Below are positions 1 to 8,900 of a DNA stretch of 20,000 nt, one piece after another. Each line of letters starts with the position of its first letter. Position 1 is the first letter of the stretch. Source of the stretch: Thelocarpon superellum (Eukaryota). A program made the position numbers and the translations under genes. Under the pieces are notes generated by a model. That model ran no database searches. It had not been told where the DNA came from and worked only from the letters and a program-made list of their open reading frames with translations. Location of the stretch: contig JAPEUG010000042.1 in assembly GCA_026025795.1 (NCBI GenBank), forward strand, positions 49,903 to 69,902, written 5' to 3'.

Positions 1-28
1 CCCCAGACGAGGGCGGCATCGCTCGACG

Positions 29-847
29 TCACAAGACAGAGCGTAAGTACTCGTCCGTTCTGAAAGCCTCATACGGCCCCCTAGCCAAGGAACGCCTTGC
101 AACGTCGATATCGGTCCTGATATCATCCACGAGCGCCTCCTTGCTGACGTAGTCGAACTCGGGCCGAATCCGGCCCAGGATGACAACGTTGAGATGGTGG
201 CGGTAGAAGTCGGCGGGGAAGGAAGCCAGGAGGTGTACTTCGACACTCCGCACGCTGTTCTTGAAGTGCGGGTTCCAGCCTATGCTCATGACCATTGGGT
301 GGATGCTGAAGGTGCTCTCCTTATTCGTTGTGGTGGTGGTGGGGGTGGTGGTGGCAGGCCCAGAGGTGTCGTCGGTGGCGGGATAGACCGCGTCGTCGCT
401 CAGCCCGGCCCATCCGTAGTACACGCCGCTTTCGACTTCTTCGTGTCCGCCCACGCTGAGTCCTTTGACGGGGATATTGGCCGTGGGGATGCCGAGCTGG
501 GGCCCCCCCTACCCGTCAGTGTGTTCCGTCTGAGGTTCCCTCTCGTGCCCTTGTATTGTCCGAGGAGATTCGTTGGAAGAGGGAAGAAGGAGGAGAGTGA
601 GAAGGAAAGAAGGTGACACGAAATTGGTGAGGTTGAGATTGAGGAAAACGAGAGAAAATGTATCAAGATATGGGCGAGAATGGAAGCTGGGAAAACAGTC
701 AGGAGCAGGGTACACACAGATACATACCTCCTTGCTGCCCCTCCCAAACCCGGCAATAACCTCGCCCGAGACGCGAATCGGAAAAGGCGGTTCGGGTCCC
801 GTGGGGGAACCGACGACGGTTTCGCGGGCGGTGGTCGGAGCGTACAT
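29..847 (-). CDS. FMN1: Riboflavin kinase (2 exons: 847-728, 496-29; intron 727-497; ~195 aa)
   Basis: Splicing joins GFGRGSKE to LGIPTANIP (the flavokinase signature), followed by [29 protein letters not shown] and IRPEFDY. The intron has a GTATGT donor, a CTGAC branch point and a CAG acceptor. Confidence 0.95.
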
Positions 848-1488
848 TGTTTGATGGGATTGACGAGGCGCGGCGGGGCTGGGAGTGAAGCACGATATCG
901 TGAAGTCGCGGAGCGGGGATGGATCGGACCAAGATGGAACTGCAATGCAAATGAAATCTATGACTCTATCGATGTTTCATCTAGAGTGCTTCCGCTTCAA
1001 TATGCGACGGATGGAGCGTCTCGGGGTTGAAAGACTCTTGATGGGTGGAGCAAGACGTAAGACGAGCGGGCGTCTTGGTGATTCGTCTCGACTGACTCGT
1101 GGTTGGTAGGCGTCAGGTCAGCCACGTTTCGGTGTCGGAGCTGTTTCTCTGTTGCGCGATGAGCTTTCATCCGTCAGGTACATCTGCGCCAGAGAACTAC
1201 GATACAGTGGTGAATCTTCGTCCTTGCTCGCACACACTCTTCACACTGTTTGGCTCTACAAAGCGCCACGTGGAAGAAGCCCGCTGATACTTCTCGATGT
1301 TAGACGACATGTCTACTCTGCGTGTGCCAATGGCTGAATCAATCAACCATCTACATGTGGTCCGAGTACGGAGACTGTTCCCTGGCTAGATGCCTCGGGC
1401 TCACCCTTACTTCCTCTTCATTCCTCTCAATTCCTCCTCCCGCCTCCACCTCCGTTATCCATTTGAATATACCTCTCCGACAAACGTC

Positions 1489-2376
1489 CTAGGTCTCCTT
1501 CGCCCACTGCTTTCCGCTCCATAGTCGCCCTGTCGTCCACAGCCAGTAATCCGGCCCTTGATCAGCCACAGCAGGAAGCTAGGCAACTGATACCCCATGG
1601 CGGCACCAACGCCCTGGTTCTTTCCAACCGGCACCAAGTGCGTCTCGCGAGTATCCTCCTTGAACACTCGGTCATCACCGACAGAGCCCCCCTCCCTCCC
1701 GGCAGCCAGCAGTAAATCACGCTTGATGTTTGCGCACAGGACAGGGATGGCGTTGCAGATGGAATGGACGGCCGGTCGCGCGGACGAGGCCACATCGCCG
1801 ACGGCGTAGACGCGAGGCCCGGCCCCATCCACACGCAGGGTCGAGGCGTTCGTATCAACACGCTTGTCTGACGTGAGGAGCGCTTCGACGATGAAGGTGG
1901 TGGGTGTTGAGACTCGTGCCGGTTGCGGGAATACACAGGTCGGCTTCCAGCGTCTTTCCATCCGCGAGCGTCAGCGCTGCCTTGGACGTGAGGGCATTGT
2001 CGGTCCCTGCGCCCTGTGGCGCCACGGTCTCGACTCGCGCGTCCTTGATGACGGCGACGCCGACCTTGGCGAGATATGCCTCGGCTTTCCTCGCGATGGT
2101 GGGTCGTAGGACGGGCAAAATCTCCGAGCCGGCTGTCACGACGGTGATGGAGACCGTGGGGTGCTCCAGCTTGCCGTTGAACCAACCCGCGCGACCATTC
2201 AGGTATTCGCCGAGCTCCCCGGCCGTCTCGACGCCCGCAGGTCCTCCGCCGGCAATCACGATGCTCTGCGCACTCGGCAGAGCTTCCCGGAACGCGATCC
2301 AGCTCGTGCGCAGGCGCTCGTCGTCTCGATTCAGACTAAGCAAGGGAGAAGGTGTCGATGCGCCAGTGGCGATCAC
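1489..2376 (-). pseudogene. AIF/AMID-like FAD/NAD(P)-dependent oxidoreductase (Pyr_redox_2), 5'-truncated with two frameshifts
   Basis: Motifs VIATG, IVIAGGGPAGVETAGEL and IPATG lie in ORF 1855-2376, and VYAVGDV and WLIKGR lie in a different frame (ORF 1455-1961), so there is a shift near 1900. A second shift near 1550 restores DYWLWTTGRLWSGKQWAKET* (TAG at 1489-1491). No N-terminal FAD-binding GxGxxG segment was found upstream. Confidence 0.85.
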
Positions 2377-2663
2377 GTGGCGGCTTGGAATGAGTGAAAG
2401 CCAGAGAAAATGGCAAGGAGTAGAATATCGATAGATGCTAGATACAGATTGCCAGCAGCTGCACCCGGGCGTCGCATTTAAGATACGAGGAGTAAGAGCT
2501 CACCCCCTATACCAATCGTTGCGGTCGTCGGCGTGATGAGCCAACTGACCGACCTGCTGAACAATCACCCGCGTCCCGCGCTATACGCGATCTCCGACGC
2601 CCCAGGCACATGACGCCACGCGCACCTAGCGAACAGAAGGCGAGGTAGCGAGTAAAGCTGCCA

Positions 2664-2766
2664 TTGTAGGAGCGCGCACGTGGTCTGGTCACGTGCCCAC
2701 TCCTATTAGTATCCCAGACTACGCGTAGATTAGCAATTCAGCTCTGATTCCTACAACATAGAAGAA
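2664..2766 (-). repeat. Left arm of a diverged inverted repeat (partner 4443-4537) with an internal hairpin
   Basis: The reverse complement of 2742-2755 (TGTAGGAATCAGAG) equals 4451-4464 exactly, and similarity continues to the hairpin TAGGAG-CGC-GCACGTG-gtctggt-CACGTGC-CCA-CTCCTA (2667-2705). The arm itself has TTGTAGGA/TCCTACAA ends (2664-2671 / 2749-2756). Confidence 0.8.
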
Positions 2767-3222
2767 CCGTCGGGACCGGGACCGGGAACCGAGGAACGGT
2801 GTGCCGGAGCGACGTGGGCGGACGGAAGCGATGAAGCACCCTCCAGTCCAGTGAAAGGCTGCGCGTACGCGGGCCTCCTAGGTCGTAGAGGGAGGCGTGA
2901 TTCGCAAAGAAACCTCTGTTATGGTGTGAGGGCGTGAGGCAGCCTGGAACGCATGGTTTCAAGTTGCCCATGAATCGCCCCTGTGGTTGCTGGTTGGGGG
3001 CCATGCGTCTCATCTTAGGAGCTAGAATAGAAACATTGAGGCATATGCCAGCAAACGCATGACGTACAAGGGGCGAGTCTTGCTTCCCCATCTTCACGAT
3101 GGCTACATATTAGAGATTCCTCGGAGAATCCAGCGCGAGGCATCGCGCTGTCAACATTCTCGATGGTGGCTTATCGTCCTGCTGTCCTTCATCCGCCCAC
3201 GCCCGGGCGCTTGTGACGCGAG

Positions 3223-4338
3223 ATGAAGCTCGAAACGCTCTGGTCGATGACTTTCATTGCCGTGCTCACGCTGCCTCGATTTGGATGTGGACAAGTGCAG
3301 CCACAAGCGACAGCGCTCACATCAATCCTGAAGACGTCCAAACCAGTCCAATTATTGGACAAACAAGACGCTTCCGACGCTTCCGACGCCGTCCCAGGCG
3401 AAAAGAGCTCTGGAAAGAGGGTGATGTTTTTACTCCAAGACGGGGTGATCCGGACAGACTATGGAGATGGAGAGACCAAAGTGACCCAGGCAGATGGAAC
3501 GACAGAACACCATTACCCCGATGGAAGTACGGTGACCGTTAGCGAAGATGGACGCACTCGCACCATCACGAATACCGACGGCTCGAAAACCACCACCACC
3601 ACGGAGCCGGAGCGAAGCGTGAGCCTGAAGCGATTTCAGAATCCGGACGGCTCCTACAATTTCAGAGTCGTGGTCGGCTACGCCAGAACATCCAAGGGAC
3701 GAGTCACGCAAAATCTCCTTGAAATTGAGTGGGTCTATGGGGACCATGGTCCGGTGGTATACGTCGGCATCAATCGACCAAGCTTTAGCGCGCTGACAGT
3801 CCCACGAGATCTCGCGGCCAAGTCCGCGTACGAGAGGGCCCTGAAGGAAAAATGGGTCGCCGAAAATGATCGGATCCTGAGTATGCAAGATGGCTACATA
3901 ATGGAAGCACTCGCCGCCGCCCGTGGCCAGAACGGGGCGGGTATCACCGATGTCAGCTTCACGAAAGCGCTGCTGGAGCGTTTCCTGGGACAACTTCCCG
4001 ATGTCGCCCAAAAACAGTTCGACGGAGTGCAAGAAGGATCCTCGACAAAAGCCCCATATGTTCGCATAGACAGCTGGATTGGGGGCCCAAATGGGCCGAA
4101 AGGGTCGAAAGGGGTATCGAGGCCGACGATAAGCACGACAAGTGTCTGGGACCTAAGTGCTTGGGAGCCCAAGGAGGTCGCCCCAGTCGCCCCAGTCGAG
4201 GTCGACCCAGCTGAGGTCGCGAGTGCTTGGGAGCCCAAGGAGGTCGCCCCAGTCGCCCCAGTCGAGGTCGACCCAGCTGAGGTCGCGAAAGGTATTGGAA
4301 ACGTGGGCAACCGGGCCCCCAACCCCATCTCCGCGTAA
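3223..4338 (+). CDS. Intronless putative secreted protein (371 aa) with xDG beta-hairpin repeats and a C-terminal 22-aa duplication; function unknown
   Basis: Long ATG-initiated ORF with a signal-peptide-like N-terminus (MKLETLWSMTFIAVLTLPRFGCGQ), periodic GDG/ADG/PDG/EDG/TDG turns at about 3440-3600, and coding-like codon use. Confidence 0.8.
   Translation: MKLETLWSMTFIAVLTLPRFGCGQVQPQATALTSILKTSKPVQLLDKQDASDASDAVPGEKSSGKRVMFLLQDGVIRTDYGDGETKVTQADGTTEHHYPDGSTVTVSEDGRTRTITNTDGSKTTTTTEPERSVSLKRFQNPDGSYNFRVVVGYARTSKGRVTQNLLEIEWVYGDHGPVVYVGINRPSFSALTVPRDLAAKSAYERALKEKWVAENDRILSMQDGYIMEALAAARGQNGAGITDVSFTKALLERFLGQLPDVAQKQFDGVQEGSSTKAPYVRIDSWIGGPNGPKGSKGVSRPTISTTSVWDLSAWEPKEVAPVAPVEVDPAEVASAWEPKEVAPVAPVEVDPAEVAKGIGNVGNRAPNPISA
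4156..4287 (+). repeat. Perfect 2 x 66-bp tandem duplication inside the CDS (SAWEPKEVAPVAPVEVDPAEVA x2)
   Basis: 4156-4221 is identical to 4222-4287 and keeps the frame. Confidence 0.95.
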
Positions 4339-4442
4339 CGCCCTCTCGGCGGATTCTTTGGGAATCTGTTCAAATGTTTTGGCCCTTGAATTCGAGAGCT
4401 TGAGAGATCGCCGCGGCTCGGGTTCGCATGCAAGTTTGGTCA

Positions 4443-4537
4443 TCTTCTACTGTAGGAATCAGAGTTGAGGCGGACATACTGCGCGGAGCTAGGATATTGC
4501 ATGGGAGCGCACGTGACTATCTCACGTGCGCCACCTG
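4443..4537 (+). repeat. Right arm of the diverged inverted repeat (partner 2664-2766) with an internal hairpin
   Basis: TCTTCTA..TGTAGGAATCAGAG(T)TGA...GCGCACGTGA-ctatc-TCACGTGCGC, a perfect 10-bp stem at 4507-4516 / 4522-4531, aligns with the reverse complement of the left arm. Confidence 0.8.
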
Positions 4538-4630
4538 TACTCCACCAATTTTGGCAAGAGGCAGGATCGAAGTGTTGAAGGTTGGATGTTGGGTCGCGAC
4601 CAAGATGGGAGAAAATGCCATGAGAGCAGA

Positions 4631-4654
4631 ACATCAAAACATCAAAACATCAAA
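4631..4654 (+). repeat. Short tandem repeat (ACATCAAA)x3
   Basis: Seen directly. Confidence 0.8.
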
Positions 4655-5130
4655 ACAGAAGAACATCGGGTCTAGCTATGCTGTGCCATGTCTCAGATGT
4701 ATCTGTGTAGCAATACGATTGGTCTGACACAATTGACGTGCCAAGCTACTCCTGCTTAGCCACTCGTGCATCAGGGTCAGCGTAGCAAAGCACGCATTGT
4801 AACCCTTCAGACATAGCTCAGCCCAACTCAATGCAGGGATGGGTGGCTTGCAGCCCAACAGGACTGATGGCTTCTATCTTTATCTCGGATGCCACAATGA
4901 TACTGGCTTGCGCTTTCTTCATCCTGGCCGGCTCGAGGCCGAGTCACATTGGTCTTGTCTCGTCGATCAAGCGGTGCTCAGATTGCGGAGTTATAAGACT
5001 CGTCCCTCGACAAGCCCTTGGCTGCCCTCACCGATCGTCAATTGGACCTCAGAATCCCGGGAGATGCCCATAAGCAATGACTCGGTGAGATCTAGTCGTC
5101 CGATCATCTCCTGCGTGCCCAAGTCTCGAC

Positions 5131-7161
5131 ATGCTCTTCTTTCGCGGCATCCTGACATGGACCATGCTGTTGTTGATGAGAGGAAGCGGGGGCCATTCTC
5201 GACATATCCTCGCGACCAAGGGCGTCGGTGGGTTCGAATCGCCGCTCGTGGCCCGTGGCGGCGTATGCTTGTCCACCGACGACCTCAAGACCCAGCAAGC
5301 CGTGGTGATCCGGACTGACGACGGCGACCCCATAGTCGTGCCCACCTATGCCACCGAGGAGGCAAGTGCCGCCGGGCGAGCCTTATTGCAAACAGCTAGC
5401 CGGGCGCTCGCACCTGTACCCGCTGGTCTGTCTGTTGTCTTCCTTGTCATCGACATCCGGAAGCATGACACGAAGGGGACCACCTTTGCCGCCGTGGGCC
5501 TCGCGATCGGCTTGATAGCGCTCGTGGACCAGCCAACCGGGTGGGTCCTCGGCGCCATCTTGGTTCTGATCATGGCGGCCGCGGACGATCTGAAGAACCA
5601 AGAGGCCGCACCGCGGAACAATGCGACGCAGATCATCAATCTGCAGATGTTCGGACAGAAGGACGGGTCGCCCAATGACCCGTGTGCGGCTCATGGAAAC
5701 GTGACGTGCTATGCGTCGTATGGGCCCGCGACCATCTCGCAGCTGTTTGGCTGGAGCACCTTCGAGGCGGTGGTGTTCCTCATCCACTTCAATCAGGGCT
5801 GCGCCATGACCGTGGCGCAGATGGCCAAGGCCTTCTACGTCAATGACCCCAAGGTGGCTAATGACGGCATGAACCAGGTAGCGACGATTGATTGCCACAA
5901 CGGCAAAGCTTCGGTCGATCGAGGCGGCGAGGTCTATGGTGATCTTCCGCAAAACTGCGCACACCCCACCTTCTCCATCAAGAAGCAACTCATCACGTTG
6001 CCGCTGCTGAACCAGACGGCCGACCGGATCGAGCCTCGCATCATCCCCAACCCGGGCGGCGATTGCCTCGTCTACGACACCCTGGCCCAGCCGGAATACC
6101 GCAGCGAGCTGAACGTCACCCTCGTCGGCAACCCGGTCGCCATCACCTGTGGCTTGGTCGCGGCGGTCAACAACGACGGCGTGCTGCAGCCATTGGGAAG
6201 GCCCGTGGCCAACGCGAGCGTGTCGGTGAATGGGACCACGGTGGACGGGACGACGGGCGAGACGGCCGCACTGATCTCGCAGCTGCTGGCCGCCGGAGCC
6301 GATCTAGGTGGCGCAGCCGGGGACAGCGGCAACTCGTCGGAGCTGGTGAACTCGCTCTTGGCCAACGCCAGCGCCGCGGGCCTGATCTCATCCAACACCA
6401 GCTCGACGGATGGAGCGTCTGGCCACTACATTGCACCGCCGTCCTCGCCCCCGCCATGGCAGCCGGTCGATGAGAGCAGCATGGTCTTCCTGGGGGACGG
6501 TAATGATACCTTTGGCCTGCCGAATGGGACGTATCGGTCCGATACGCGGAGCTTCGGCTTTGCCGGGAAGGCCATCAACACCCTGAGCGTGCCGGCGGGC
6601 GGCTCACTTAGCTTTTTCTGGGGGACCAACGATGGACGGCCGGTGCTACGGAACCCGCGGCCCAAGTTCACCTCGGCGCAGACGGCATCTGATCACGACT
6701 TTGTCAAGGGCATGGCCTGGTTGCGACTCTGGGACACCAAGACGTTTGACGTCGTCGTCCCCCACGTGTCGTCATCCGTGTGCCTGTTTACGGAGGTCAA
6801 CTTTGGCGGCCAATACCTCTGCGTCAGTGCCGGCGGCGGCAACGTCACGGACGACATCCGGAACAAGGCGAAGAGCATCTCGATCAACAACGGGCTCCGG
6901 GTCTACATCTTTCCCGACTACTACGGCGCGCTCGGAGAGCGGTTGCTGACGTCGAGCCAGGCGGATTTGTCGGCCGTTGCGTTGGGAAATGGAGATTTCT
7001 CCGAGCGCATCGGGGCTTTGTGGATTGACGACGGGACGGGCATGAATGCCACCGGCTCAGGGATAGGCGTGGACCCAGGGAATGTCGTATTTGATGGATT
7101 TGGCAATCCAGTCGGTCAGGGGTCGGCCCAAAACTCGTCGGGAGGTGCCGATGTGCTGTAA
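5131..7161 (+). CDS. Intronless putative secreted protein (676 aa) with a hydrophobic helical hairpin, a Cys-containing core and a C-terminal beta/gamma-crystallin-like domain
   Basis: Hydrophobic N-terminus (MLFFRGILTWTMLLLMRGSGG). Hydrophobic segments GLSVVFLVI, FAAVGLAIGLIALV and GWVLGAILVLIMAAA at about 5425-5583. The C-terminus VCLFTEVNFGGQYLCV...IRNKAKSISINNGLRVYIFPDYYG...DLSAV...FSERIGALWI (about 6778-7026) fits the beta/gamma-crystallin Greek-key pattern. Many NxS/T sites and strong GC3 codon bias. Confidence 0.85.
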   Translation: MLFFRGILTWTMLLLMRGSGGHSRHILATKGVGGFESPLVARGGVCLSTDDLKTQQAVVIRTDDGDPIVVPTYATEEASAAGRALLQTASRALAPVPAGLSVVFLVIDIRKHDTKGTTFAAVGLAIGLIALVDQPTGWVLGAILVLIMAAADDLKNQEAAPRNNATQIINLQMFGQKDGSPNDPCAAHGNVTCYASYGPATISQLFGWSTFEAVVFLIHFNQGCAMTVAQMAKAFYVNDPKVANDGMNQVATIDCHNGKASVDRGGEVYGDLPQNCAHPTFSIKKQLITLPLLNQTADRIEPRIIPNPGGDCLVYDTLAQPEYRSELNVTLVGNPVAITCGLVAAVNNDGVLQPLGRPVANASVSVNGTTVDGTTGETAALISQLLAAGADLGGAAGDSGNSSELVNSLLANASAAGLISSNTSSTDGASGHYIAPPSSPPPWQPVDESSMVFLGDGNDTFGLPNGTYRSDTRSFGFAGKAINTLSVPAGGSLSFFWGTNDGRPVLRNPRPKFTSAQTASDHDFVKGMAWLRLWDTKTFDVVVPHVSSSVCLFTEVNFGGQYLCVSAGGGNVTDDIRNKAKSISINNGLRVYIFPDYYGALGERLLTSSQADLSAVALGNGDFSERIGALWIDDGTGMNATGSGIGVDPGNVVFDGFGNPVGQGSAQNSSGGADVL

Positions 7162-8379
7162 GGCCATCTGCCTCGGTATGGTCATGACGTGGTGAGGAGA
7201 CCCATCACTGTACCTACCCGCTTGATGGGAACAATACTAGTGCCTGCTCGCAGCTACTCGTGGCCGGCGCGAGTTCGGACGTTTTCTCATGGAGAATGAG
7301 CATCGCGAAGGAGTATTATCGTTGGACATCTGCCACGGACCTCGTCTGTTAGCAATCTCAGGCAAGGTATCATAAACATCTCCGGCATGTTCGACCAAGT
7401 ATTCCGGTTTTGCGCGGATCCAAACATTTGCCACTAAAGGAACCACACAAAGCTCACTCATCTCCTCCTACCTCTCCTTGTTGCGCAGGGAGAATACAGT
7501 GTAGATAGTCTCAAGGCTCGCTATTGAAACTCTGCTTAGGACTCCCTATACCAGTCATGTAGGAACCAACAAAGCAGCATTTCCCACTCCGCCTTCCATG
7601 ACCAACTGCTGATTATGTCATCTTCCAACATTCCTCGACGCGGAACCCCGTCACATGATCCCGTGACGTCATTCCCGTGCCTCCGCCGCATTGCCATCTT
7701 CATGATGGTCGGCGTGTGTTTCGGGCAAGGTCGAGACCGACGACGTGGCGATGGATAGCATCGACAGGCGCGTGCCGATCGTGTCAACAGTGGCTACATG
7801 GACTGGGGACGATGTACTCCGTCGCAGTATGAACTCAGCACGGAGACCAAGCCTCGCCTTTGTCGCCCGTCGCTCTAGGGTCAGTCGCGATTAGCTTGCT
7901 TGCTATCACCTCTAGTAGCAACGAGATCACATCTCGGCCACACTTCATTTCCAGCCCGCATACTTTCTCACGTCTAGTCTGAAAGCTTGACGATCCGGCC
8001 AGCAATGTCACGAGCGTCATCTGGAGGCCAAAAGTTTCACGCTAGAAGGTCTCTCGAAGGGCTCCAGAAGGTCAATGGAAGCGCCTTCATGCGGCGTGAT
8101 CCTCGACCCCCTCGTCATCCCCGTCAGCCTTATTCTGTCGATCGCGCTCGTCTTCTCAAACGATCATCCAAATGGTGGAAATCTACGCATGCGACGCTCA
8201 TGCTTGCAGCCATTGAAGGATCGACCTCGCACAAAACCCAGTAGCGCGGAACACGACTTGCTGCAAAAGATCGACGAGCAATAATGCGTAGCGATGGGTG
8301 GGCCGGGGGGGGGGAGACGCTAAGAAAACTTGACAGAAGGTAAAAAGGAGATTTGTCCGGGATGATGGTGTTCAAGCGA

Positions 8380-8900
8380 GGAAGATCGTCGCCGAAGACG
8401 TGTCCATGAGTACGATAGTATGTTAGCTATACGCAGGATGGCACGGTCCGAACGCCGGCTAACTCGACACGTCTCACCGGTCTCCATGATGATCCCGCCT
8501 ACCTTCGCGCCGACGCACGCCCACTCGCAGCTACCTAGGGCTGAGCTACCAGTCCGAGCTCGGGTCGGACAATCCCCAGCGAGAGTACGGGCATTACTTT
8601 GGTCCTCGTACATGCTTGCGAGGGTTCCTTCCAAACTTTCACCCGTCATCGTCATCTTCGCGTGGTAGATTCGCCTTCAGAGCTGTAACAAACTAGAAGC
8701 CGCATGGAAAATTCCGCCATCCTTCGATTTTTCCCGCGTCATGCCGGGCGCCCTTCACTAACGTTAGGCGGCGGGGCGCGTCATGCCCATCCTCCTGTAG
8801 CTAGAGAACAAGCCCGACGGCTCGTTCTCATCTCCATCACCCTACTCAGCCTTACGATGGCTCGGTATCGTTGACAGCTCTCTAGTCTCTTCCGTCGTGC
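8380..8900 (+). pseudogene. Possible heavily decayed MFS (allantoate/anion:cation symporter-like) transporter relic
   Basis: Fragments in different frames (ARKIV, an intron-like GTATGT...GCTAAC, YMLARVPSKLSPVIVIFAW*, AILRFF, RRLVLISITLLSLT) fall in the order expected for this family. Recognised by eye only. Confidence 0.25.

Noticed and set aside
194..1030. Overlapping ORFs around FMN1, and antisense ORFs over the other real genes
   Set aside because: They are shadow frames of GC3-biased coding sequence or read-through of introns.
4156..4287. Direct repeats that might suggest a CRISPR-like array
   Set aside because: There are two adjacent identical units with no spacers, inside a eukaryotic CDS.
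4831..5318. ORFs 4831-5073 and 4839-5318 as separate genes or an upstream exon of the 676-aa gene
   Set aside because: No recognisable motifs or clear splice signals were found, and the 5131 ATG already gives a signal-peptide-like start.
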